From contig JBLDXI010000007.1 in NCBI GenBank assembly GCA_047495785.1, positions 1 through 64,000 on the forward strand: DNA of 64,000 bases. The letters run 5' to 3'. A program made the translations under genes and the position numbers. This DNA comes from Lepidodermella squamata. Taxonomy: Eukaryota; Animalia; Gastrotricha. The notes beneath the pieces are model-generated. The model was not told the origin of the DNA, did not search any database, and saw only the letters and a list, made by a program, of their open reading frames with translations. This document shows positions 25,875 to 36,827 of the stretch, one piece after another; the first letter of the stretch is position 1; the number at the start of each line of letters is the position of its first letter.

Positions 25875-26306
25875 TCATTTAGATTTAGTTTCGACTCGAG
25901 CAACTTTTTCATCAAGTTTCCCTTGGTTGAAGTCACTTCTAATTTCTGGAGCAACGCAAGCTTCAAACAGATGAGCGGCTGTAAATTCGCCTTGCTTCAA
26001 ATTTTTCACACGATAGGAGACGTAAGGTTTCAGCTCAAAGCCTGTTAGATCGGGAACCACTAACTCAGGAACCAGCTCAGGAATATGTTGATACCTTCCC
26101 TTGTCGTCCTCATAGCCCGTGGGTGCGACGCGAAAAGGGTTCAATTCTTCGGCAATCTTCGGAAACTCCGCCCATCCACCGGGTGTTTTGGCATTGACGT
26201 GTTTTCCGGTAATCGGAAATATGCGTTTATCGTAAATATTACTAGTCTTCCGCCCAGCCAGAGAGGCAGATAGCGAAATAAACCGTCGGGTAGTAACAAG
26301 AGACAT
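25875..26306 (-). CDS. MRPL41: Mitochondrial ribosomal protein mL41
   Basis: Motif IPELVPELVVPDLTGFELKPYVSYRV and a mitochondrial presequence-like N-terminus. Confidence 0.93.
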   Translation of the reverse strand: MSLVTTRRFISLSASLAGRKTSNIYDKRIFPITGKHVNAKTPGGWAEFPKIAEELNPFRVAPTGYEDDKGRYQHIPELVPELVVPDLTGFELKPYVSYRVKNLKQGEFTAAHLFEACVAPEIRSDFNQGKLDEKVARVETKSK

Positions 26307-26347
26307 CTAACTGAAAATAATGAATTTATTTTATATCAGCAGGGTGA

Positions 26348-26971
26348 TCAAAACGGCAGGTTTTCCTTAGTCTTGGAGTCGAAAACTTTGGAAAAATATT
26401 TAGTTGGCAAGATTCCTTGGTCGCCAATACCCTTGCAAAGAATAACGTTATTACTCGAGTGAACAAATTCGATGCCGTCAGCCAAGGCTTTCTTAAGATC
26501 TATGTATATCCAAATGCGAGAATCGTTGCGCATCCCACTAATAACTTGGCGATCGTTAGGAACACCGATTGCAAAATGGATATGCGTCCTATTCATTCTC
26601 TTCAATCCAGTAGTTTGAATAAGTCGCCATGCTTCCACATTAGTACCATGAACTACAGTTGGAAACTGGTCCGCATCGATAATAGGTTTCAACTCTAGAT
26701 CTGGAACAGCCATAGAGTGGCCCTGGTTAGCCCTTATTTCTTTGACTCCATCGTCAGTGGCTCGTATGCAGAAGCGTTGCTTCTTACATGCCGCAACAAC
26801 TTCTTCAATGTCCTCCAATGAACAGGCCCGGAATTGAGGTAGTCTCAATATGTCATTAACCGGTACAAAGCCATCTGACTTGATAGGCAGGCCTAGTGAA
26901 GCTGCCTTGTGTCTGAGAACGTAGGAAAGACGCCTTGAAATGGTATCGTAATCCGGCTTAGAAGATTTCAT
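26348..26971 (-). CDS. TRPT1: tRNA 2'-phosphotransferase (Tpt1/KptA)
   Basis: Motifs SRRLSYVLRH, KQRF, IRANQGHS, VHGT, MNRTHIHFA, ISGMR, SSNNVIL. Confidence 0.97.
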   Translation of the reverse strand: MKSSKPDYDTISRRLSYVLRHKAASLGLPIKSDGFVPVNDILRLPQFRACSLEDIEEVVAACKKQRFCIRATDDGVKEIRANQGHSMAVPDLELKPIIDADQFPTVVHGTNVEAWRLIQTTGLKRMNRTHIHFAIGVPNDRQVISGMRNDSRIWIYIDLKKALADGIEFVHSSNNVILCKGIGDQGILPTKYFSKVFDSKTKENLPF

Positions 26972-27500
26972 GATAGTTGTAAGGTAGGGAATATATAGCT
27001 CTCACAAATGCGAATACGGACAATATATAGCTAGTAAATACCAAAATATTGGACAAAGGCGATATTTAAATATCACGCAGGCACATACTAGGGTATTCAT
27101 TACTAAGTGGAATGATGCAATATGGAGAAATACGACTCTTGAAGGGCAATAATTCATGGAACTCCATTGGGCATGGTAAATCCATCGGAAATTTTCGCGC
27201 GATTGATTATACTGTTAATCAGCAGCTGATGGCCACTACAAAAAATTAATCCGCCAGAATAGAAAATCGGACATGACACACTGCGCTGAGGATTAGGCAT
27301 CGAAAGTGTTGAGAATTCTGAACTCAAAAGGAGTCGCATTACACTCAATCATATCTTTTACCTTTGGGCGCGAAGGAGAACGCCTAGAAAAGACAATGCT
27401 CTCTCGTCTAACTGACCAGCAACAAGGAAAGTCTAACCCGAGTGAACAGAGGGGGGCTTGAGTCGGCCAGCACCATAGGTGATCACCACACACTCCCTGT

Positions 27501-28142
27501 GCCGTAAGGTATTCCGGGATAGCCCCAATGTATAGTATACATCGTGTATAGCGCGCACTTGTATACTATACAACCGTATACTATACAGCGTGTATACTAT
27601 ACATGTATACTATACAACCATGGAGTGCGCACTAGGTGCTTGTATACCATACATGTATACTATACAAATTGCAACTTATTGAGCGCGCTTCTATGCAATC
27701 TACGCGCACTCTACACAGGAAACAGCTTTTTAAAGCTCCTGAAATTAACTATTTTCGAGCCAATCAAATTATTACTCTTCTAGACATGTCCCTCATTCCA
27801 CAGTCTGGCCACAATTCAATTTGGCTGTAAAATTCATACCTAATTTTCCCGAAGCTGAATGCTAAACGCTTGTTCATAGAGCCTAGAGCAGCTACCGATT
27901 TATCTAAATTCGAATGTTAAGCAGGGGGTCATACTTCTACCAACTTGATCTGCATTTTAGGTTTGAAAACGGCCGTAATTTTGACATACTTGTATGGTAT
28001 ACAAGTGCGCGCGCGCATCCGCAGCTTGTATAGTATACATGTATAGTATACACGCTGTATAGTATACGGTTGTATAGTATACAAGTGCGCGCTATACACG
28101 ATGTATACTATACATTGGGGCTATCCCGGAATACCTTACGGC
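27501..28142. mobile_element. Foldback-like MITE, 117-bp perfect TIRs, 8-bp TSD CTCCCTGT
   Basis: TIRs 27501-27617 and 28026-28142 (GCCGTAAGGTATTCC...) built from GTATACTATACA subrepeats. TSD at 27493-27500 and 28143-28150. Confidence 0.92.
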
Positions 28143-28651
28143 CTCCCTGTGGGATTTCCTGTGGGATTATGACCACGTGACCAATGGAAATCAATTTAGC
28201 GCCCTACTGTTTCTGACATAATATAAACCAAATAAGTTTTTGATGTCGAACAGTAATCAAAGATATCTGCTCATTATTGGGTAATTATGACAATATTTTA
28301 AAAAATCACGCGGTCGCTCGAGTCGCCCGCGCACGTCACCCGGTTGCGGAAACCTTCGGCTTCTCGCCTCTCCTCGCTGAGCTTTGGCCCCTAGGTGCGT
28401 ACGCTATCTCCAAGCTTCCCTTAGTTCTATTCAGTGTTTGCCCACTTAGAACTGGTGGTAATTTCTATGTATTCAGGACGGAGCGGTGGTATTCTACTTC
28501 TGATCGGCTGACTTTTGATCGTTTGAAGTTTGAAATAGACCGGCACAACAGGCCCAACGTTGTCATCATTCATCCTGAAATTTTATTGCTGCTGCTAATA
28601 TCGTGGCCAAAGCGGAGTGAAATATTTGAAAATATCTGGTATGTAAATTGT

Positions 28652-28870
28652 TGGCACTCCTGTGGTTTCCTTTGAAACTTGGATTCGTGCTTTTGTTCCT
28701 CCATCTTTCATCTTCCCATCTTCTCAGCAGAACAATCGTATCAACATGGGGATCTCAGGTATAGGAGCATTGAGCATATACAGTTTCTCCTGCTTGAACT
28801 TGGAATACTATGGCAGATAAGTATTTTGTAGTGCTCTTACTTCTGCCACTAGTCATTTGAGCATATAATG
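28652..28870 (+). ncRNA. Candidate intronic H/ACA-type snoRNA in the RSL1D1 5' leader intron
   Basis: Unusually long intron (28639-28917) with hairpins. The 3' hairpin TGCTTGAA...TGGCAGA/TCTGCCA...TTTGAGCA has an internal pocket and is followed by ATA+3 nt. The H box is imperfect. Confidence 0.35.
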
Positions 28871-28954
28871 TTGATTTACCCATCAATCAAATGAATATCG
28901 ATTTTATATTGTTTTAGATTTATTAATCTTCTATTTTATTCGTACATATTCATC

Positions 28955-30206
28955 ATGGAGCTATCACCAATTACGGTTTGTTGGACAAGTCTCAAGATCT
29001 CGTGCTCTATCTTCTGGTTTTTAGGTTCGGCAATCTGTAAAAACTTTACTCTGTTTGCCTAAGAGTGGCAAACATGCCGATTTGGTGCCTACTGATGACC
29101 GCGTAGAGCTTGTCATCAGCTGCAAAAAAGTTCCAAAAATGAGCAGAGTTCATGTTGGCAGATTGTAGGTCTATCGCCCATATTATGAACACAAAATTAT
29201 CGTTGAAATTACAGCGTTCTCCCGCATTCTTTGTACAATGCCGAGTCGAATGTATGTATGTTTGTGAAAGACCAAGGTGGGCGGAAGAACCGAGACTTCG
29301 ACGCAATCAAAGAGAAATACCTGAAGAAATTGCATGACGCTGGAATCGACGAAGTGAAGGAGGTTTGCAAAATTCAATTACCCAGATTTTTCAGAAATCA
29401 GTCATTTTGTGTAGGTGATGCCATTAAAACAGCTGAAGCTGGAATTTCAGCCTTTTGAAGCAAAGAGACGCTTATCTGATGCGTTTGACGGTTTCCTTTC
29501 TGATGAACGCATTACCCACTTCCTTCGTCCTCTGTTGGGAAAGAATTTTTATAACCGGCATCGTAATCCTGTCTCGGTCAGACTGACTTCCAATAAGCTC
29601 AAATTAGCCGTCCAAAAAGCTCTGAGGACTAATTTGCTCACAGTTACGAAACGTGGTCCCTGCTCAATGCTATCTATCGGTGTAACATCAGTCAACTCAG
29701 AAGACGACATGGTTGAGAACATCATTTCCGCTTGGAACCAGTTCGACGTCGAGTTTCCCGGAGGCAGAAAAAATATTCGCTCACTCGCCATTAAAACTGC
29801 TCATTCCACTTCAGTTCCAGTTTACGCCGATATGGATTATCAAACCGATCTACCAGTGCCTGATCTGCGTGACTACCACGAAGAGCCAGAAGCAGAAGAA
29901 GTTGACACTATATCTGGTGCTAAGGTTAAGGTGTATCCAGATGGCCGTGTCCGCCTTATTCGCAAGGAGAAGAAAATCAAGCAGTCATCCGAAGGAGAGG
30001 ATGAAGGCGAAGAAAGTGATGAGAGTTCGGATGATGACGACGATCGCACAACCAAACATCTTATCGACGAAGACGAGGAGCGAGCGGCCAGGGCGCTGCG
30101 CAAACGAAAGATGCGGGAAGAACGGGCTAAGCGTCCTGCGAAGAAATCACGACGTCCATTATTGAAGGCTCACGCCAAAGCCGAGGCGAAAAGCGAGAAG
30201 GCCTGA
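28955..30206 (+). CDS. RSL1D1: Ribosomal L1 domain-containing protein 1
   Basis: L1 domain motifs VCMFVKD, LKQLKLEFQPFEAKRRL..FDGFLSDERI, LLGKNFY, NIRSLAIKT..STSVPVY. Acidic/basic tail and short introns. Confidence 0.92.
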
Positions 30207-30310
30207 ACGATTGTGCAACTTGTTTCTGCTGTTTTCTTAATCAAAAATATTAATTGGTATTATATTTTCTGGTTTTATTCTTGTAGATTTTAAGTAATCT
30301 GTAGCGCAAA

Positions 30311-30884
30311 ATGAGCGAAGGAGCCATCACTCTGCGCACCCGCAAATTCATGACGAACAGGCTGCTTGGCCGCAAGCAGATGGTATAATTGATAATTGAT
30401 ATTTCTTACATTTTTACTTTTTACATGTTGTTCATTAGCTGCTCGACATCTTCCACCCCGGCCGCCCGACCGTATCTAAGAAAGATTGCCGCGAAAAGCT
30501 GGCAGCCATGTACAAATCACATGCCGACCAAGTGTTCTGCTTCGGCTTCCGCACCGCTTTCGGTGGCGACCGCACTTCCGGATTCGCGCTCGTTTACGAT
30601 TCCCTCGACGCTGCGAAGAAATTCGAACCTAAGCACCGTCTTGTCCGCGTATGTTTCATTTTCTATGATCACTTGGCTTTCAATAATAATCATTTTCAAC
30701 CTCAGAACGGTCTCCTCACCGTGCCTAAGACCTCCAGGAAGCAGCTGAAGGAAAAGAAGAATCGTATGAAGAAGGTTCGCGGTACCGCAAAGACGAAGGT
30801 CGCCTCTGCCGACAAGAAGAAGGTCCGTTTTTCCTATTCAAAGATCAGCATCGGTTTTAACTATCTTTTTATTTTCAGAAATAA
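30311..30884 (+). CDS. RPS24: 40S ribosomal protein eS24 (4 exons)
   Basis: [68 protein letters not shown]. Last exon is AAA TAA. Confidence 0.98.
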
Positions 30885-31525
30885 ACGCTGGCTCTCTGTT
30901 GTATGTTTATATGATATGGTTGCTTGGTCGTGCCCATGTGCTTCCAACGTAGCAATAAAAGTGGAGCTAACTTTTGATGCAGGAGAATAAATAAAGAAAG
31001 AAAGCGATACACCACCATACTTTAATTGTGTGTTTTTTTGCTTCAACAATGAAAGCGGGTATTTTTACCGACCCTTCGAACTTGCGTGATCAAACTTTTT
31101 TCCGGTGCCAACCTTGAACTATGACGTGGGTGTGTTAGAGGAGTCTGGTAGGGGAATAAAGGAGCGGAGTCGAACGGCTACATAAATAATTGAGCAAGCA
31201 GCCGTCGAAAAAACTAAGAATTCAATTGCGTGCAGGCTATTCTTTTCAGTGTTTACATATGCACTTTTTGCGCGTTTCCACGTAACGCGTCTCGAACGCG
31301 CCTTGTGCGCACCTCCCAAGGCGGCGTCTTCGTGCGGCTAGTTCATCAAATATACATGAACCCGCTCATTTCTTATTCTTTTGTGAGAAGAAAAAATTCG
31401 CACAGGCAGGGCCGAGGTATAAAAAGCGCTGACGGTTAGCGGCGGCACGCTATTCGACAGAAGCGACTTATACCCGTATTTTAGTTTATCGCGACTATTT
31501 CGCAAATTCCAAGTGAAAAAGTAAA

Positions 31526-34159
31526 ATGAGTCAACGTGCTGGAGCAGGACGCCCTGGCAGCGCGGGTTCCAAGACTGCTTGGAACGATGCCGAATTCGAC
31601 GGCGGTCGCTCGAGCGGCCAGCATCGCGAGGGGGAACCCAGCGGTATGGAGTCTGAAATGTACGTCGATGGAGAGGTGCGCGTTGTAGGCGAGGCGATTC
31701 CGGATCGCAAGCGCGCCGAGCAAATCATCGAAGTCGAGGAGGAGCCCACTGGATGCTGGTACGCATTCAAAGCGACCATTCGAGGTAATGAAACAAAACA
31801 CTTGTTGAAAAGCTTATAATGACCCGGTATTTTTTGAATGTAAGGTATGTGGGCCACTCGCGAAACCGAGGACACGACGAAGGACAAGGATTTGCACGTC
31901 AAAACCACCCTTCGAGAATTGGTTGTCTACATCCTCTTCTTGGTTGTCATCGGCATCATCTCGTTTGGCATGACCTCAACCACCTTCTTCAACTACACCA
32001 AGGTCATGAAGAGTCTCTTCACCCAGCAAAGCAACAACCCAACGACCACGACAACTTTTGAAACTATTGCAAGCATGAACGACCTGTGGGACTTCATCGG
32101 ATCGAGCGGCGATCCCAACGGCCCGACTCTGGTTCAAGGCGCCTTCCAATCCGGCCTCTATTCTTGGGATACCTGGTACAACAATCAGCCAGCTGATCAA
32201 TCCGGCTACATTTACCACGTCAACAAACTGCTCGGAGTTCCCCGTATCCGCCAAGTCAAAGTCCGCAACGATTCCTGCACCGTCCATCCCGATTTCCAGT
32301 CTGAGATCAAGGTCTGCTACGACGCCTACTCGACATCAAACTCCGAGACGCGTCCATTCGGAGACATGACGAAGACAACTTGGCTGACTAACACCACTGC
32401 CTGGCGATACTGGTCTGCTGCGGTGACGAACGCATCGAGCTACGACGGAACCATGACTTCGTACGATGGCGCCGGCTACTACGTCGACCTGTCGCGTGAC
32501 GCCGCCACCACCGCTTCAATCGTCAACGAGCTGCGCAACAACATGTGGATCGACCGTGGCACTCGCGCCGTCATCATCGACTTCACCACCTACAACGCCA
32601 ACATCAACTTGTTCTCCGTCATCAAGCTCGTCGTTGAGTTCCCGCCAACCGGTGGCGCTTTCTCCCGCAGCGAGTTCCGAACTGTCAAGCTGCTCCGCTA
32701 CGTCAACGCCTTCGACTACTTCGTCGCTGCTTGCGAGTGCCTGTTCATCCTCTTCCTGATCTACTATACCATCGAAGAGTTCATTGAAATCTGCCGCCAC
32801 CGATGCAAGTACTTCAAGACCCTGTGGAACTGGCTCGACATCATCATCCTTGTAATGGGCTACGTCAGCGTTGTCTTCTCAGTCTACCGTCTCTTGAAGG
32901 TCGACTCGCTGTTGGACGATCTTCTGGCCCGCCCAGACGCCTATGCCAACTTCGACTTCTTGTCGTACTGGCAGGTCAACTTCAACAGCGTCATGGCTAT
33001 CATGGTCTTCTTCGCCTGGATCAAGATCTTCAAGTACATCAGCTTCAACAAGACCATGACCCAACTGTCGTCGACCCTGTCCCGCTGCGCTAAGGACTTG
33101 GCTGGTTTCGCCGTAATGTTCTTCATCGTCTTCTTGGCCTTCGCCCAGCTCGGCTATCTCATCTTCGGAACCCAGGTCGAGACCTTCTCAACCTTCACCG
33201 ATTCGCTCTTCACCCTTTTCCGCATCATCCTCGGTGACTTCGACTTCGTCTCCCTGGAGCAGGCTAACCGAACCCTCGGCCCACTGTACTTCATCCTGTA
33301 CGTGTTCTTCGTCTTCTTCGTGCTGATCAACATGTTCTTGGCTATCATCAACGACACGTACGCCGAAGTCAAGGAGTCGACCGCGAACGCCAAGTCCGAG
33401 TTCGAACTGTCAGACTTCATGAAGAAGAGCTACAACAAGATGCTGGACAAACTGAACCTGCGCAAGGACCGCATCGTCGACATTCAGAACGCGCTGAAGT
33501 CGAGCGACGGCAACAACGATCGCCAAGTCGACTACGAAGAATGGCGTCGTGAACTCAAGGCTCGTGGCTACGCTGAGAATGAAATCGAAGCTCTGTTTGC
33601 CCGTTTCGATAACGACGGCGATCGCGCCCTTGACCACAGCGAGCAAGCTGATATGCTGAAGGAGCTGGAGAACCAGAAGCAGGCCATCGATAACCAGATC
33701 ACTGACGGAGTTCGCGATGATGATGATGAAGATGGAGGCCGAGGTGGACGTGGCCACCGAGGCGGAGTTGGATTCGACGAATTCGCTCTCCTGCAACGCC
33801 GCGTTGATCGTATGGAGCATTCGATTGGATCTATTGTTTCCAAGATCGATGCTGTTCTCGTCAAGCTTGAAGGTAATTATAGCATTTCCCTTTACTATAT
33901 CTGCAATTAATTCTTTAATTTTACTTCAGGTATGGAGAAGGCTAAGCTGAAGCGCCGAGAAGCCATGTCGAAGCTGTTGGATTCGATCCGCGAATCTGAC
34001 GCGTCAGAAGAGCAGAAGCGAGCTCGCATGGAGGAGCTCGTCCGCGAGGAGCTAGACAAGTGGGATCAAGAGGGCGGCGCTGGCCATTCTGGAGCAGCGG
34101 GCGGCCAAGAGCCTCTTCGATCGGCCGTCAAGCGAGGTGAACAAAATCGGAAGTATTAA
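31526..34159 (+). CDS. PKD2: Polycystin-2 (TRPP2) cation channel, 3 exons
   Basis: TTLRELVVY, NKLLGVPRIRQVKVRNDSC, WIDRGTRA, FNKTMTQLSSTLSRCAKD, pore LFRIILGDFDF, EF-hand DNDGD, coiled coil RRVDRMEHSIGSIVSKID. Confidence 0.97.
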
Positions 34160-34888
34160 ATAGTTCAAATATAGGGACTATAAGTGACCCGTGCGACAAG
34201 CCATGTGATATCATGAAAAATTGTTGTGTTTGATATGATGATGAGATGGAAAAAAGCAAACAATGGCACTTTCTTCGACGACATTTCTGCTCACTCTTCC
34301 GGTGGGTCGCAAATGATATCCATGTATCGTGTGCAACTGCAAAAATAAATAAAATTGGTCAATTTTAAACCAATTGACCTCCAAAGCTTTTTGGCTGTGT
34401 ACTCACTGCTTTATTGTGACGCGAAATTTTCTCAACAACAAAAGTTAATCAAAGATAAAAAAGGTGTGGCAACAGGCAAATCTTCACTTGCAGCAAACAG
34501 TATAGTTGTAGTAAGATTTACCTTTGGCTGCCACAAATTTGAGAGATCCCGGCATTCCAGATGCCGTTAGATCCGATGAGGAATGTATGGATGCAAGAGA
34601 AAATGATAGATTATATATCGACTTTATTTTTGCCGCCTTTTTGCTTATTCCGATGTCATTATTTCATTTGAAAATTAAATAGAAATAATTTAGCTAACAA
34701 AACGCGCAAATAAATCGAACACGCCTCTAAAATCCAAACGCCAGCGTTCAATTTTCATTAAAAAATTGCCTTAACAAAAAATGTGAATATCGATATAGGC
34801 TATATAAAACGAAAAGATTGTAGAAACTATTCGACAACTAAATCCTCAGAAATGAGACGGACGATGAAATTGAAAAAATCGACAAGGA

Positions 34889-35265
34889 CTACATGGCTTG
34901 ATTGCCCTTCGCCAAAAGCCGCCCGCCGCCGCGCAACATGTGCCGACTCACAAAATCGCGGAATCGTTCTTGCTTCGATTTTTTTATTGAGGCAGCGGCA
35001 TCTGCGCGTTGCAGCTTCTGTATCGCCTCGGCAAAGCTTGGTCTTCGAAGAAGAATTGGCTCCTCAGCGATTAGCACTGCAAAGTTGAATATTGTAATAT
35101 GAGTGGGAGATGGGATAAAATATAATTACCTTCACTGTCGATCGGCTTCCTAATATCGCTATCGTTGTCCAGAATAACGGCCAATCGAGGGGCGGCAACT
35201 GCAATGGAAGCCAGGCACGCCAGAAAAGCCAGAATGGATAGTAGGTTTAGCATGCTCGTATGCAT
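34889..35265 (-). CDS. Small secreted neuropeptide-like precursor (2 exons, ~105-110 aa)
   Basis: Signal peptide MLNLLSILAFLACLASIAVA. Phase-1 intron joins in frame to VLIAEEPILL-RR-PSFAEAIQKLQ...RHMLRGG-GR. Confidence 0.7.
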
Positions 35266-36827
35266 TTTTAGTGTATGGAATAGTATCGAAAACAGCCGAA
35301 AAAATTAACGCTCTATATAATTTGAAAGAATATGAATGAATTAATATAATAGAGAATTTCACTACGAATGTTTGTTTTTCGATAATTTTCGACGCGGAAA
35401 TTGCGTCTAAAGCGCCTTCTGAAGCACGTGCACTCGGCTGTGAAATAGACGCACGACAAATGGAAGCTGTACGTCTAAACAATCTTCGGCATCCGTAATA
35501 ATCGTTTTAGAATGAAATTTAATTCGATCTAAAAAATTGAGAGCAATTTCCTCGGGTCGGTCTCATTGAACGAAGACGCGCCCCGTGGCTATTAGCATGC
35601 GAAGTTTAACGAGACCGGAATGCAGTCAGCCTACGTGCTCGACATCTTGCGTTATGGATATTACACATGACGCGCTAGTTGAGTCAAATGCGTTTCGTAG
35701 GAAAAATCACTTAATAGCAGTGTTAGGACAGTGTGACAAATAATACCGTATAACACCCCCGCGGTATGTTCGATAGCGCGGAAATGTTTTGAATTATATA
35801 AATGTGAACCATTATAAATTGTGATCGAAAAATGCACGAATATGAAGGCAAAACAGCTAAATATAGAATAATTTTCACGGGTAAAATTTTTGAGGGGGCA
35901 ATGAGTGGGGCTCAAATAACGTCTTGAATAGTAAACAACACAGAAAGCCGGGTCAAAACCGGTGTTAATGCCCAGCGTCGCAATTTCCTGTTGTCCACGC
36001 GCGATGATGAATCTCATTGCATTTCTAATAAAGCCTACGAAGTACGCAGAGATCGCATTTATCGCTTATATAAATCGCTTTGATGATTAATGAATAGCGA
36101 CCGTCCGATAAGTGGCGGAAGGGAGGGACACCAATCACCGCGCGGGGTTGTGGCCACGGCGAAACCCCGCATTTTGCGCGCTGACTAACAAAAAAATAAT
36201 AATAAATTTTCTCTATTATTTACGATGCGCTTCAAAGTCTACGAGCTTCGTAGCTGAACATTAAATAAAATAAACTTTCAGAGTAAAATTATAAGGCCTT
36301 TTCATAAATGATCGATTGGGTCCATAGGGAGCCCATTTTTCGCCGGGCGAGTGTTTTCAATGAAAGATGTGTTTATTTTGGCTACTATTAACCACCTCCG
36401 CGCTCCGCGCCACGGTCTAAATATAGCAGCGGAAGCGGAAAACGAACTGATTTGCGGTGAAATTGAACAGCGGCGCTGTGAGTGTTTGATTTGCAACTTG
36501 GCTCGAGTGACAGCCTACCACGCCTGCTTAAATGGCTGAAATAGCCCATGCATGATGATTTGTGAATAATCCCCCTTCGAAATGGAAATTATTCAGCTTG
36601 ATGAGAGGGCCTATTCCTCAGCGTCATAATCGCCAGCACTTCTACGGCCGGTGATGCAACAGGTGTGAGGGCGACTCCCGCGCTCGATCGAGAAACACGT
36701 CGATTATCAACAAAATTATCGTCTTTATTTTCTGGATTAAAGTTGTTTATGATTTTTTTATACTAAATCTATAATTAATGCACAACTCAAGATAGACGTA
36801 GATGACGTATTTTCGGCTTGGATTATC

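Noticed and set aside
27237-27480. Y RNA, C/D snoRNA or telomerase-template-like motifs upstream of TRPT1
   Set aside because: Boxes and stems are only partial (ATGATTG/CCGA; CTAACCC not repeated) and no credible target was found.
27501-28142. CRISPR-like repeated GTATACTATACA units
   Set aside because: Eukaryotic context, no unique spacers, and the units form TIRs with a TSD, so this is a MITE.
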